Source: Octopus sinensis (Eukaryota). Taken from it: DNA of 64,000 nucleotides. The notes beneath the pieces were generated by a model. It had not been told where the DNA came from. It saw only the letters and a program-made list of their open reading frames with translations, and did not search any database. The first letter of the stretch is position 1. Each line of letters begins with the position of its first letter. Below are positions 43,489-56,229 of this stretch, in pieces. The stretch lies in the NCBI RefSeq assembly GCF_006345805.1, contig NC_042998.1, forward strand, positions 17,794,001 to 17,858,000, read 5' to 3'. Position numbers and translations under genes: made by a program.

Positions 43489-43849
43489 CTGTCAAAAAAA
43501 TTATGCAAAATTGTTATGGTGCAACATATATATGCACGTAAGTATAAATACACACACACACACACACACACGCACATGCACACACACATACACACACACA
43601 TACACACACCTTTTGCATTTTCTATGTACTGCTTTCTCAGATTTTCGCATCTCTTCTTTTATTCAATCTCTTTAGTTTGTCATAATATGTGGGGTTTTTT
43701 CCCTCACAAATATGTTTCAGATATTTCTCAACATATGAAAATTTGGTGGCACTTAAAGACATATATTGCGTCCTGTAAATAAATATTCATCTCTCACCAG
43801 ATGGAGTACATTTTTGTTAAATTTTCTATCACAGAACAGTACATTATAT

Positions 43850-44303
43850 ATAGCTCTGTCTGGCCCCCGTGTCGGTGGCATGTAAAAGTACCATCCATTT
43901 GTGTCCGTTGCCAGCCTCGCCTGGCCCCCGTGCCGGTGACACATAAAAGCACCATCCGTTTCGTGGCCGTTTGCCAGCTCTGTCTGGCCCCCGCATTGGT
44001 GGCACGTAAAAGCACCATCCGTTCGTGTCCGTTGCCAGCCTCGCCTGGTCCCCGTGCCGGTGACACGTAAAAGCACCATCTGTTCGTGGCCGTTTGCCAG
44101 CTCTGTCTGGCACCTGTGCGGGTGGCACGTAAAAAGCACCCACTACACTCACGGAGTGGTTGGCGTTAGGAAGGGCATCCAGCCGTAGAAACACTGCCAG
44201 ATCTGACTGGGCCTGATGAAGCCTTCCAGCTTCACAGATCCCAGTTGAACCGTCCAACCCATGCTAGCATGGAAAACGGACGCTAAATGATGATGATGAT
44301 GAT
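43850..44303 (+). mobile_element. (GAT)n-tailed RTE-like short element, family D, with an internal about 60 bp tandem expansion
   Basis: About 4.5 units of gccagcctcgcctggccccgtgccggtgacacgtaaaagcaccatccgttcgtg, then ggcgttaggaagggcatccag...catgctagcatggaaaacggacgctaaa(tga)n. Further copies are at about 41085-41345 (-), 48640-48866, 48955-49240, 52008-52250 (-), 52700-52852 and 54700-55055. Confidence 0.75.
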
Positions 44304-44339
44304 ATATATATATATATTGTTATATTTCGGAATGGTCAT

Positions 44340-46310
44340 ATTGCCAGTTTAGCCAATAAAAACACACGCACTATATATTTGGTGTTATTTTGCTTCAGTG
44401 TTATTTATTTTTTACATTAATCTTAATCTTATTTCAGCCAAAGTTCTTTCGTCACACTCCTGTGACCGCATCAGTGGTCCTTTGTTTTCTTCTTTCTTAT
44501 TTGTGTCTCTCCTTACTAACCGTCAGCCATTTTGTATTTCTATTGTATGTTTTCATTTGCGCATGCTTATATCTCTATGTGCGTCTATGTTTATTTAGTG
44601 TGTGTATGTGGGGGATGCCTGTAATATTTGTATCTTCTGTTTATATACGTTCATGTAATTTGTATTTTGTTTTTGTTGTTGTTGTTTTTGTTTATTCTTA
44701 TTTTTTTTATGTGTTTACATCCACTTATTATTATCAGTACATATGCTTGTATGTATGTATGTATGTATGTATAACAACAATACTAGTGATAATAATAATA
44801 AATCGAATCGAAAAAAATAATATATATATATAGATATAGTTATTTATTTCTATTAGTTTATTTATCTGTGTATTTATTATGTTTTCAGGATCCTCTACCG
44901 TCATATGTTGTGGTGTGTGCTATTGCTCCAGTCTAGTTTTCTATTCAGGCTAGGTTTATTTTCTATTATGTGTGTAGCTTCTGTAATTTGTCTAATTGTT
45001 GCATCTGTTCTATGTGTGGACAATATTTTAATTTCTATGTTATTGATTGATCCCCTGTGTTCCTGTTCGGCATGTTGGTACAGAATCGATGAGCTTTTAC
45101 CTTCCTTGAGTTGTCTCCAATGTACATTTAGCCGCTCTCCTATGCTTCTTGCCGTTTCCCCTACGTATGTCGTTGTCTTGTTACTGCATCATCCCTCTAT
45201 ACATCTTATACTATAGACTACATTTCTGGCTTTACAGTTTGTTTGTGGGCTAAATCTACATACAGTACAGTACTTATCCGTACAGGGGGTTCTACTAAAA
45301 GGATAGGTTCTACCAATTATAGATTTGATAGGGTTGCCTGGCTTTTCAACAACCTTAATTCTTAGCTTAAGTTTGTCTAGAGTCCTTCTAAAGCGGTACG
45401 CCAGTTCACCTCCAGGGGTGGTGTCAACGAACATGACACTCTGGTATTTATGGCCATCATACCAAGAGTTGGCCTTCCCTATTTTCTTTTTTGTCCTTTC
45501 TATAGTATTCCATGACTTGTTCCTATAGAGTGGGCAAATCCCATTCCTATCATTACATAATATATTATCAAATTTCTTCATGGCTCCTTTGTATACTCTG
45601 ATCCTTTCTTTATGGCTGTAACCTGAGAACTGCATGTGGTGAATGAAATATTGTATGTGTCTCTTTAACTCTGTGGGCTCGCACATGCGTGACACATTTC
45701 TCATTATTCTGACGAGGTCTGCCATCAAAATATTGAATTTGGCATTGTCCGCAATGGCTGAGTTCCGGTGGATCAAGTATTTTGAGGCCATAGGTTTGGC
45801 ATAGTATGAATGAAGGATTTGGGTTTTATTATTCACAATTTCTAGCCAGAGTTCAGTGTCTAGTACTGGTAGTCTATGGTTGGGGTGTTTAGTGGGGTAG
45901 TCTATTGTGACCTTAATACTCTGGTGGATGGAGTTAGCTATTTGCTGGATGCTCTCCATAGTATTAGTTTCTATTACTATATCAACATTACTCTCTTGTG
46001 GGGGTGCCTTTACCACTATGTTGATATCATAGAACAAAATAGTGAGAGTGCATATTTACGAGTATGGAGTTCTGTGTTAGGCATTCTTCAAGCCTTCTGT
46101 CCCACCATACCATGAAAAGGTTGGCCACATCACCAGCGATACTAACGCCGATGGCTGCCCCCTCGTCCTGGACATATATTTTATTATTAAACTTAAACGT
46201 GTGGCCTTTTAGGGTAACTCTTATACTAGCTCCTAGTGCATGTGCAATCATTTTCTTTATCTGATGGACATTTGCGGGGCTCCGTATGGCTCTGGTCCAT
46301 CCACACCATC
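44340..46310 (-). mobile_element. 5'-truncated Penelope-like retroelement (RT C-terminal half, thumb, Cys-rich linker, C-terminal GIY-YIG endonuclease, 3' UTR/pLTR); inactive
   Basis: ORF 46389-46027 has RT motif B' (FKFNNKIYVQDEGAAIGVSIAGDVANLFM). The YxDD site at about 46030-46040 is frameshifted. ORF 46037-45189 has LPVLDTELW and CTDKYCTVC, then VVYSIRC. After one TGA the frame stays open for 95 codons (CSNKTTTYVGETARSIGERLNVH...YQHAEQEH...RQITEA...PSLNRK) to 44901. Confidence 0.9.
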
Positions 46311-46313
46311 TTT

Positions 46314-46568
46314 CTATATGTGTCTTCCTAGCCATAGAACAAAATAAGAATAAACAAAAACCGCTAGGGTGTGGCACTTTTTCACACAACTATCTTCATC
46401 CATTCTCGCCACATGACCATACAAGCGCAAATGTCTCTCTTGCACACCACAACTGATGCTGCTTAGGTCCAACTTTTCTCTCAAGGTACTTACACTCTGT
46501 TGAGTATGAACACTGACATTACACATCCATCGGAGCATACTGGCTTCATTTCTTGTGAGCTTATGCAT
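46314..46568 (-). mobile_element. RTE-type LINE 3' fragment
   Basis: Translation EASMLRWMCNVS...LREKL...QERHLRLYGHVARMDEDSCVKKC matches the post-RT C-terminal RLRWYGHVxRM motif of RTE-clade LINEs. Confidence 0.75.
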
Positions 46569-46849
46569 ATGCTCCCTTTTAAAGCCTAGCCAGGCTCATG
46601 GGCCCAGTTTCCTGGTTTCAATGGCGTATATGTTCCCCAGCTGGATAGGACGCCAGTCCATCGCAGCGTTACTCCCTTTTGCCAGCTGAGTGGACTGGAG
46701 CAACGTGAAATGAAGTGTTTTGCTCAAAAACACAACGCATCACCTGATCCAGGAATCGAAACCACAATCTTACAATCATGGTGCTGACATCCTAACCTAA
46801 GCCACACACCTCCATGATAATAAATATATATATATATATATATATATAG

Positions 46850-46882
<33 letters not shown>

Positions 46883-47583
46883 CAGCAATAATCCTCATCA
46901 CTGCCACTATCTCCCCTCCATAGAGAGAAAGAAAAGAATTAATAAATTGAATTATATTACCAAAGACTAAACTATACATACTTAAGCCAGATAGGAAATA
47001 TGATCCTCTTGCTGATAAAATGGTAAGGAAGATAAGGAATCTCAATGGACCATAACATCTTAGAATTTAAGAAATTACTTATTAGGCTAATGCTCTCCTA
47101 TTAAACTATAAGGTCATAAATTGAATTAGAGATAAATATTTGAGACACACATAGTATTAAATGCTTTTAAAATATGGGTTCTTGCTTTTGTTATTATTCT
47201 AATATTATATGAGTCATTCCAATAACAATCTGGCCTACCTCGGTTAGGATAATACAATTATAATGGAATATGAGAATAGGAGTGGTATATTGATCTGAGT
47301 CAAAAAATACTTGGTAAAGTGTATTACATCAAGGCATACTACGTAATATGTATGTGTGTGAGTGTATATATATGTGTATGTGTATATATGTGTGTGTATA
47401 TATGTTTGTGTGTGTGAGTTTGTGTTTATATATATATATATACATATATAAGTTCAGTAAAAATTTAGATTCAGTTGAATATGGTACTTAAGTTAAAGGC
47501 ACCAGAATTTAGTATGGTATTATCCATATAATTCAAAATGGGGTGATTATAATCAAAATAAGCAACAAGGATATCCAGAGGTA

Positions 47584-47673
47584 ATGCAGTACGATCGTTT
47601 CATGCAAGTCCATTTAATTGAACAATGCAAGTATTACATCAGTTTTAAAATATAGACCAATCTTCAGCTGCAT
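47584..47673 (-). ncRNA. Type I hammerhead ribozyme motif
   Basis: augcag-CUGAAGA-[about 58 nt, poorly paired stem II]-GAAA-C(gauc)G-UA|cugcau. 6-bp stem I and palindromic CGAUCG helix III. Confidence 0.6.
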
Positions 47674-48594
47674 ATATTCTTGTTGCTTATTTTGATTATA
47701 AATATATATATATATAGATAGATATAGATATATGGATGGAAGCACTCCGTCGGTTACGACGACGAGGGTTCCCGTTGATCCGTATCAACGGAACAGCGTG
47801 CTTGTGAAATTAACGTGTAAGTGGCTGAGCATCCACAGACACGTGTACCCATAACGTAGTTCTCGGGGATATTCAGCGTGACACAGAGAGTGACAAGGTC
47901 GACCCCTTGAAATACAGGTACAACAGAAACAAGAAGTAAGAGTGAGAGAAAGTTGTGGTGAAAGAGTACAGCAGGGATCACCACTATCCTCTGCCGGAGC
48001 CTCATGGAGCTTTAGGTGTTTTCGCTCAATAAACACTCACAACGCTCGGTCTGGGAATCGAAACCGCGATCCTATAACCGCGAGTCCACTGCCCTAACCA
48101 CTGGGCCATTGCGCCTCCACAGATATAGATATATACACATATACATATTGGATTTGTGCAAATCCTTTCCCTACTATAAAAAATCATCATACATAGGCAT
48201 TGCTTCAAGAAAAGGTAGGACCTATCACACAAAATGGTTGGTTGTAGCTCTCACATGTGTGGGCTTTCGATCAGGTAATGGCAATACTTCAACACAAGTT
48301 TGCAGCCATAATATATAATATATATCCTACAGAGTGGTTGGTGTTAGGAAGGGCATCCAACCATACATATATATATATAGACATTATATATATACATACA
48401 TATATGTATATACATATATATACACACACGCCTTCCCTTCTCTGGATCTTTCCTTTTCCTATGTTTCCGACGAAGAGCTCCGCTCGAAAAGTTAAACCCT
48501 CCTTCTTCCCTTCCTTCCTGAGCGTCCAATAATACTATATTTGTTCCACGTCCTCACGTTGTTGTGTTTTCTCTTTGTGTTTTCATGTTTGGAT

Positions 48595-48630
<36 letters not shown>

Positions 48631-48915
48631 GTGGTGGTGACACATAGAATGCTCTCATACCAGTGCTGCATAAGGACACCCATGCCAGTGGTATGTAAAA
48701 AGCCCCCAGCACTCTCTGTAAAGTGGTTAGTGGTAGGAAAGGCATCCAGCTATAGAAACCATGCCACATCAAAACAATTCTAATCTGGACAGCTCCCTGA
48801 CTGGCTTCTGTCAAACTATCCAACCCATGCCAGCATGGGAAATTGATGTTAAACAATGATGATGATATATTTAGATAGATAGACAGAGAGGCAGATAAAT
48901 GATAGATAGATAAAT

Positions 48916-48955
<40 letters not shown>

Positions 48956-49257
48956 CCGCCTCGACTGGCTTCCGTGCAGGTGGCACGTAAATGCACCAAT
49001 CCGGCCGTGGCCGATGCCAGCCTCGCCTGGCACCAGTGCAGGTGGCACGTAAAAAGCACCCACTACACTCACGGAGTGGTTGGCGTTAGGAAGGGCATCC
49101 AGCTGTAGAAACATTGCTAGATAAGACCGGAGCCTGGTGCAACCGTCTGGCTTCCCAGATCCTCGGTCGAACCGTCCAACCCATGCTAGCATGGAGAACG
49201 GACGTTAAACGATGATGATGATGATGATGATGATGATGATATATATATACATATACA

Positions 49258-49763
49258 TTATATAATTAGGGTTCAGTAAAAAAAAATTACTTTACCACAC
49301 ACCGAACTTTTAGAAATAGCAGCCAAAGAATTTAGCTATTTCCTCTACTATAAGAAGAGTCTCCCAGACAATGTATACTCAAAAACAATTCACGTAGGTA
49401 TAGAGGGAAAAATAACGAAAGATCACACGTACATCGATTACTTGAGAACGCCGTTTCTGGGTTAGTTAGATATAGAGATGTTAGAAATACATACCCATAT
49501 CAACATTCCTGTCATCAGCCCAATGATATGTATTTCTAGCATTTCTATATCTAACTAACCCAGAAACAGCGTTCTCAAGTAATCGATGTACGTGTGATCT
49601 TTCGTTGCTTTTCCCTCTATACCTACATGAATTATTCTTGAGTATACATTGTCTGGGAGACTCTTCTTATAGTAGAAGAAATAGCTAAATTCTTTGGCTG
49701 CTATTTCTAAAAGTTCGGTGTGTGATAAAGTAAAATGATTTTTGCTGAACCCTAATTATATAA
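49258..49763. repeat. Foldback with about 236 bp arms and a 33 bp spacer
   Basis: 49258-49493 is the near-perfect reverse complement of 49527-49763. Confidence 0.95.
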
Positions 49764-49893
49764 CGTAATGTTTTAAATATACCGTAAATGGTCTTTTTAC
49801 ATACTGAACACTACTTGGTAAAATTATTAATTAATAATTAATTAATTTTACCCTTTTATTATTGACGATATATACATATATATATATGTTAGT

Positions 49894-49989
<96 letters not shown>

Positions 49990-50007
49990 TACATAGACAG
50001 ACAGATA

Positions 50008-50053
<46 letters not shown>

Positions 50054-50386
50054 TGAGTGTGTGTGTGTGTGTGCATGTGTGAGTGTGTGTGTATGTGTCA
50101 TTGTATTGATGCTCATCCCCAACACTGGTTGACCATTGGTGTTGATTTATTTACATCTCCATCGTGTAGCTTTCCAATAAAAGAGATGATACTATAAGAC
50201 TCAGGCTTAAAAGTAAGCACTGGGGGTCGATTTAATTTCCCCAAACTCTTCCAGGCATTGCTTCAGCATGACTACAGTCCAATGAGGGGAGCAAATAGCA
50301 AAGAAAGAATATACAGTAGAGAGATAGAGAGGGTGGGAAATACAATTATTTCCCAAATAACCTTAGTCAAATAGCTTATTACTTAC

Positions 50387-50489
50387 GATTACTATTTCAT
50401 CCACATATCTGTACACTTCAAATCCTGAGTCATTGATTAGGTCATTGTCGGCTAATACCACTTGTAATATCTGAGGACTGTTGAAAGTA
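50387..50489 (-). CDS. S1 serine protease internal exon (between His57 and HPDY)
   Basis: ttcttctctgctttcag acceptor and ATC|gtaagt donor. 103 nt, phase 2 to phase 0: TFNSPQILQVVLADNDLINDSGFEVYRYVDEIVI, giving VDEIVI|HPDY. An alternative acceptor 12 nt downstream is possible. Confidence 0.85.
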
Positions 50490-53400
50490 CTGAAAGCAGA
50501 GAAGAAGAAAAAGGGAGATATGGGTGAGAGAAATATAAGGGGAAGATAATTAAATAAATTTGACCGAGGCAAAGTAAGATAGGACTTTTTTACAGCAATG
50601 TTTTATACATACATATATATTACTTTACAACCCATTGGAGGCACAATGGCCCAGTGGTTAGGGCAGCGGACTCGTGGTGATAGGATCATGGTTTCGATTC
50701 TCAGACTGGGCATTGTAAGTGCTTATTGAGTGAAAACACGTAAAGCTCCACGAGGCTCCGGCAGGGATGGTGGTGATCCCTGCTGTACTCTTTCATCACA
50801 ACTTTCTCTCACTCTTACTTCCTGTTTCTGTTGTACCTGTATTTCAAAGGGCTGGCCTTGTCACTCTCTGTGTCACACTGAATATCCCCGAGAACTACGT
50901 TAAGGGTACAAGTGTCTGTGGAGTGCTCAGCCACTTACACGTTAATTTCACGAGCAGGCTGATCAGATCAACCGGAACCCTCATCGTCGTAACCGAGTGA
51001 GTGCTTCCACAAGGGGCTAAACACAGAGGGGACAAACAAGGACAGACAAACGGATTAAGTCGATTCCATCGACCCCAGTGCGTAACTGGTACTTAATTTA
51101 TCAACCCTGAAAGGATGAAAGGATGAAAGGCAAAGTCGACCTCGGCGGAATTTGTACTCAGAATGTAGCAGCAGACAAAATACCTAATTCTTTACTACCC
51201 ACAAGGGGCTAAACACAGAGGGGACAAACAAGGACAGACAAACGGATTAAATTGATTACATCGACCCCAGCGCGTAACTGGTACTTAATTTATCGACCCC
51301 GAAATGATGAAAGGCAAAATCGACCTCGGCGGAATTTGAACTTGGAACGTAATGACAGACGAAATATGGCTATGCATTTCGCCCGGTGTGCTAACATTTC
51401 TGCCAACTTGCCACCTTCTTATACATATATATATGCCTCTATGTATCTGCCTTTTAGTACATGTGTATTTGTACACATACATACATGCATGCATATATAT
51501 ATATATAAATCTGTATGTAAAGGGCAAGGGGTGAAGGGTAAAGACTCCCTTCGGTCACAAATGGCCATGGGATTGCACCTTGAAAGTTAGCCTCTAAGGT
51601 ACAAGTCCAGGCAAGGTTGTTTGTGGAAGACCAGCACTGGCCTTCCCAAACATACCAGCCTCCTGTTCTATAATTTAGAGATGTGGAATTCTGTACATTA
51701 TTTACATTTTTTAAAAATTGGATGGATACGTGTCCTCATCTTGTTTGTTGTTACCACAATATTTCGGCTGATTTACTTTCCAGCCATCAGCTGGTGTCCT
51801 GGTGGAATTTTGAATCCAACCCTGGGTTCTAATTCTTAAGGTATTTTTTTGCTGATGTTAAAATTATTAATATTATTTATTCAGGGCTCTGCCTGGAACT
51901 GAACTCGGAATCTCGGGGTTAGTAGTTAAGGGAGCGGGCTACTAACACCAAGATTCCAAGTTCAATTCCCAGCAGTGCCTTGAATAAATAATATTAATGA
52001 TAGTAACATCATCATCATCATCATCATCATTGTTTAACGTCTGCTTTCCATGCTAGAATGGGTTGGACGATTTTGTCTGAAGGCTGGCAAACCAGATGGC
52101 TGCACCAGGTTCCAATCTTGACCTGGCAGAGTTTCTACAGCTGGATGCCCTTCCTAACACCAACCACTCCGAAAGTGTACTGGGTGCTTTTTACGTGCCA
52201 CCGGCATGGGGGCCAGTCAGGTGGTACTGGCAATGACCTCGCTCAAATTTTTTTTACACTTCAGCAGTAACATCAGCAGAAAATACCTTAGAAATAAGAA
52301 CTCAAGTTTGGGTTCAAAATTCCACCAGGACACCTGCTGAAGGCTGGAGGATATATCAGCCGAAACGTTGTAGTAACAACAAACAAGATGAGGACAAATA
52401 GCCATCTAATGTAAATGATGTAAATAATGCCAGCCTCCTCTTTCCATGCCACCAATTTTATGCAAGGGAAAGGCAAAGGCCAATACAGTTTGGCACCAGT
52501 GGTGTCACAACTCATTTTTACATCTGAGTGAATTGGAGCAATGAGAAATAAAGTGTCTTGCTGAAGAATACAATCCATATCCCAGTCCGGGAATCAAACT
52601 CACAACCCCACAACTGTAAGCCCCATGCTCTAACCACTGAGCCATCATACATACATATATACATTAAAGGAGGTGCCATACATTTATACACACATGTAAT
52701 CGGTGTTAGCAAGGGCATCCAGCTGTAGAAACTCTGCCAGATCAAGATTGGAGCCTTGTGCAGCCATCTGGTTCGCCAGACCTCAGTCAAATCGTCCAAC
52801 CCATGCTAGCATGGAAAGCAGACGTTAAACGATGATGATGATGATGATGATGTATTCGACTTATCCCTACCCCAAAATTGCTGGCATTGTGTCAAAATTT
52901 AAAATCGGTATTTTCTGAGATTGCAATGCAAATTAATGTATTCACATCAATTGAATAACAACAGTCAGGAAGTATTTTTAAGTCATTTTACTTGACGATA
53001 GATATAAATAAGCAAGCAGTTGCTTGTACACAAATTTTGCCTCAAGTTAATTTAATGTTTCATTAATTTGAAACTGGCAATCAATGAAGCAAGACAGTTA
53101 TAAAAATTATGTTTAATTGATAGAAACCAACTATCTGTTTTTGGTTGAACAGGTGTAAGAGAGGTCATCATAAAGCAATTAAACTATGGGAAATCATATG
53201 TTTAATTAATGAACACAAGCAATATATTTTAGTTGCATAGTGATTCAAATTTTAAAGTTTTTAAATGATTGAAAAGAGTTACAGGAAAGACATGCCCCTA
53301 ACTATTACTTATAATTAACAAGTAAAGGAATCAACTTGGAAAACGCTGATAGAGCTGCAAAAAGGTATTTTGGATCACCCTTTAGAAAGTAAACTATGAT

Positions 53401-53557
53401 GTCATAGGTATGGTTGTGTAGTAAGCAGTTTGCTTCCGCTACTGTTGAAATATATTGTGATGAATTTTATGTTTCAAAATGTTGCTTACTTTTTACTCAA
53501 CCTGATACATACCCATTAGGAGATAAGCATTACTGTAAATCAACCTATTTTATCAGT

Positions 53558-53958
53558 TACTGGCAGTATCGCCCGGCGTTGCTCGGGTTTGTAAGGGAAA
53601 TAACTATATAAGCATTTTTAGAGAGTTATAGCAAAAAAATAGCAAAAAATGCATTAAAAATGGAAAAAAAATTATGGTAAATTTTTTTTTTAATCGTTGA
53701 CTCATCGTAGACATTTTTAGAGAGTTACTTCCCTTATATAATAGCGAAAAAAATGCATTAAAATGGGAAAAAATTATGGTAATTTTTTTTTTTAATTGTA
53801 GACTCATCGTAGACGCGCGCTAATACCCAGAAGGGCTCGATATGAATCACAACTATAAGATACCCGCTTTTGGTTAAACTGCACCGCAAAATGTGGGAGT
53901 AGTTAGGAATCTAAATCGTAGGAGACACACACACAACCTTACTTTTATATATAAAGAT
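53558..53958 (+). mobile_element. Helentron/Helitron-like non-autonomous element, same family
   Basis: Same termini and body as 28106-28497. Confidence 0.7.
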
Positions 53959-55334
53959 GTAATCCATGTTTATCTGGAGGGTTCAAAACGATAAGGTGCT
54001 AAACAAATGTGGTTAGAAAGTCTGGCATCTCCACATCTTAGTGAAATCTGTTTAAAAATGCCATCACTTCTGTGCAAGAACAGTTCGGGGCTCAGTTAAC
54101 AAAAGCTACTAGCTTAAAAACGAAAATGGCAGAATACCAGCAGTATTCATATGTTAATTACAAGTATTTGTTATATTGATAAGTTAGACTTGAAAGGGTA
54201 GCAATATATTTCTTTATTGCCCACAAAGGGCTAAATATAGAGGGGACAAACAAGGAAAGACAAAGGGATTAAATCGATTACATCGAGCCCAGTGCGTAAC
54301 TGGTACTTTATTTATCGACCTTGAAAGGATGAAAGGCAAAGTCGACCTCGGCGGAATTTGAACTCAGAACTTAACGACAGACATAATACGAATAAGCATT
54401 TCGCCCGGCGCACTAACGTTTCTGCCAGCTCGCCGCCTTAGAAAGGGCAGCAATATGTAGAAAATGGAATGGATGAATGATTGAAGGATTGAATGGCTAT
54501 TCAAGACCATTGAGTTAAACTATTGGCTCTACTCAAGAGGTGCATGATAATCTGTGGGTAAACAATGGCAGTAATAAGTTTAAAGCAAGGAGTGCTTCAA
54601 AATATGTGTTACCAATATAACAAATACTTGTACTTAACATATGAATACACCTGGGAGTAACTTGGGAGAACAGCATTTGATATTTTTCTGTAGAGGGTCA
54701 ATACCAGCACCCACTGACTGGCTCCCATGCCAGTGGCATGTAAAAAGTACCATCTCAACGTGATCATTGCCAGTACCCACTGACTGGCTCCCGTGCCAGT
54801 GGCATGTAAAAAGCACCATCTGAACGTGAGCATTGCCAGATCAATCTGACTGGCTCCTGTGCCGGTAGCACGTAAAACAGCACCCACTACACTCTCGGAG
54901 TGGTTGGCGTTAGGAAGGGCATCCAACTGTAGAAACATTGCCACATCAGATTGGAGCCTGGTGCAGCTGCTGGCTCTCCAGACCTCAGTCAAACCTTCTG
55001 ACCCATGCCAGCATGGAAAACGGACGTTAAACTATGATGATGATGATGATGATGAAAACAGGAGCTCATTTGCTTCCCAGAGCTTTGATGACTACGAAGA
55101 ATGCAAAAACACACGTCACGTTATCAGCATTATGATTTTGTGAGCTTTGAGAATGAATAAAATAATATATTCAATGTGTGTGTGTACACTAAGAGATAAC
55201 TAGTTAGACAGACAGATAGATAGATATTTACATACATAGATGGATGCGTGTGTATATGTGTGCACGTGTTCATATATATATGTGTATGTATATGTATATA
55301 TATATACACACACAGACACACACACATATATGCA

Positions 55335-55378
<44 letters not shown>

Positions 55379-55498
55379 CACAGACACACACATATATGCA
55401 TATATATATATATACATACATATATATACACAGGCACACACATATATGCACATATATATATATACATGCATATATATACACAGGCACACACATATATG

Positions 55499-55539
<41 letters not shown>

Positions 55540-55558
55540 TTATATATATATATAGACA

Positions 55559-55614
<56 letters not shown>

Positions 55615-56229
55615 CGTGGTGTGTGTGTGTATATACATACATATACATACACACACACACATAAATACACATATATCTATGTGAAAAATGTAGGATGCTG
55701 ATAAATAATTTAGGACCGAGTACAACCTTTTTACAATATCAATTTTATGTCTCATAAATATGAGAACCTAATATAATTACTACAATAGATTAAATGGCAT
55801 ATTTAATATTTTATTGCGATACGTCTCACGAGATATAGTGATCTTGTCATGTGAAATATCATACAACATAAACTCTTGATTTATTAAAATTTTTCTACAC
55901 CTCTAGAGGATGTTCAACAGTTGACAAGTGGTAACTAAGAGATGTTTCATATGAGAAAGAGAATCAATCTCAAGAACTAAGACTTCTCTAAAGTCAATAA
56001 TTCATTAAAGTGCAGGTTTACCGTCTTGAGATAAGAGGACACTCATGGATTCATTGTTCTACCTCAATAGGTATCATCAATGCTACCCTATCTCCTGCAG
56101 CTAAGGAACATACAATGATATTTGATATACCTGCATCTGTCTATGCTGTTCGTGTATATGCCAAAGGTCACACTGGCTTGATTCTCTTCATTTAAGTTTA
56201 AACAAACTGAGGCAAATTAATTCTATATA

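Noticed and set aside
44850-44905. AUGA...AAAA after the PLE stop as a possible SECIS
   Set aside because: No complementary helix II or 3' GA quartet partner could be formed by eye.
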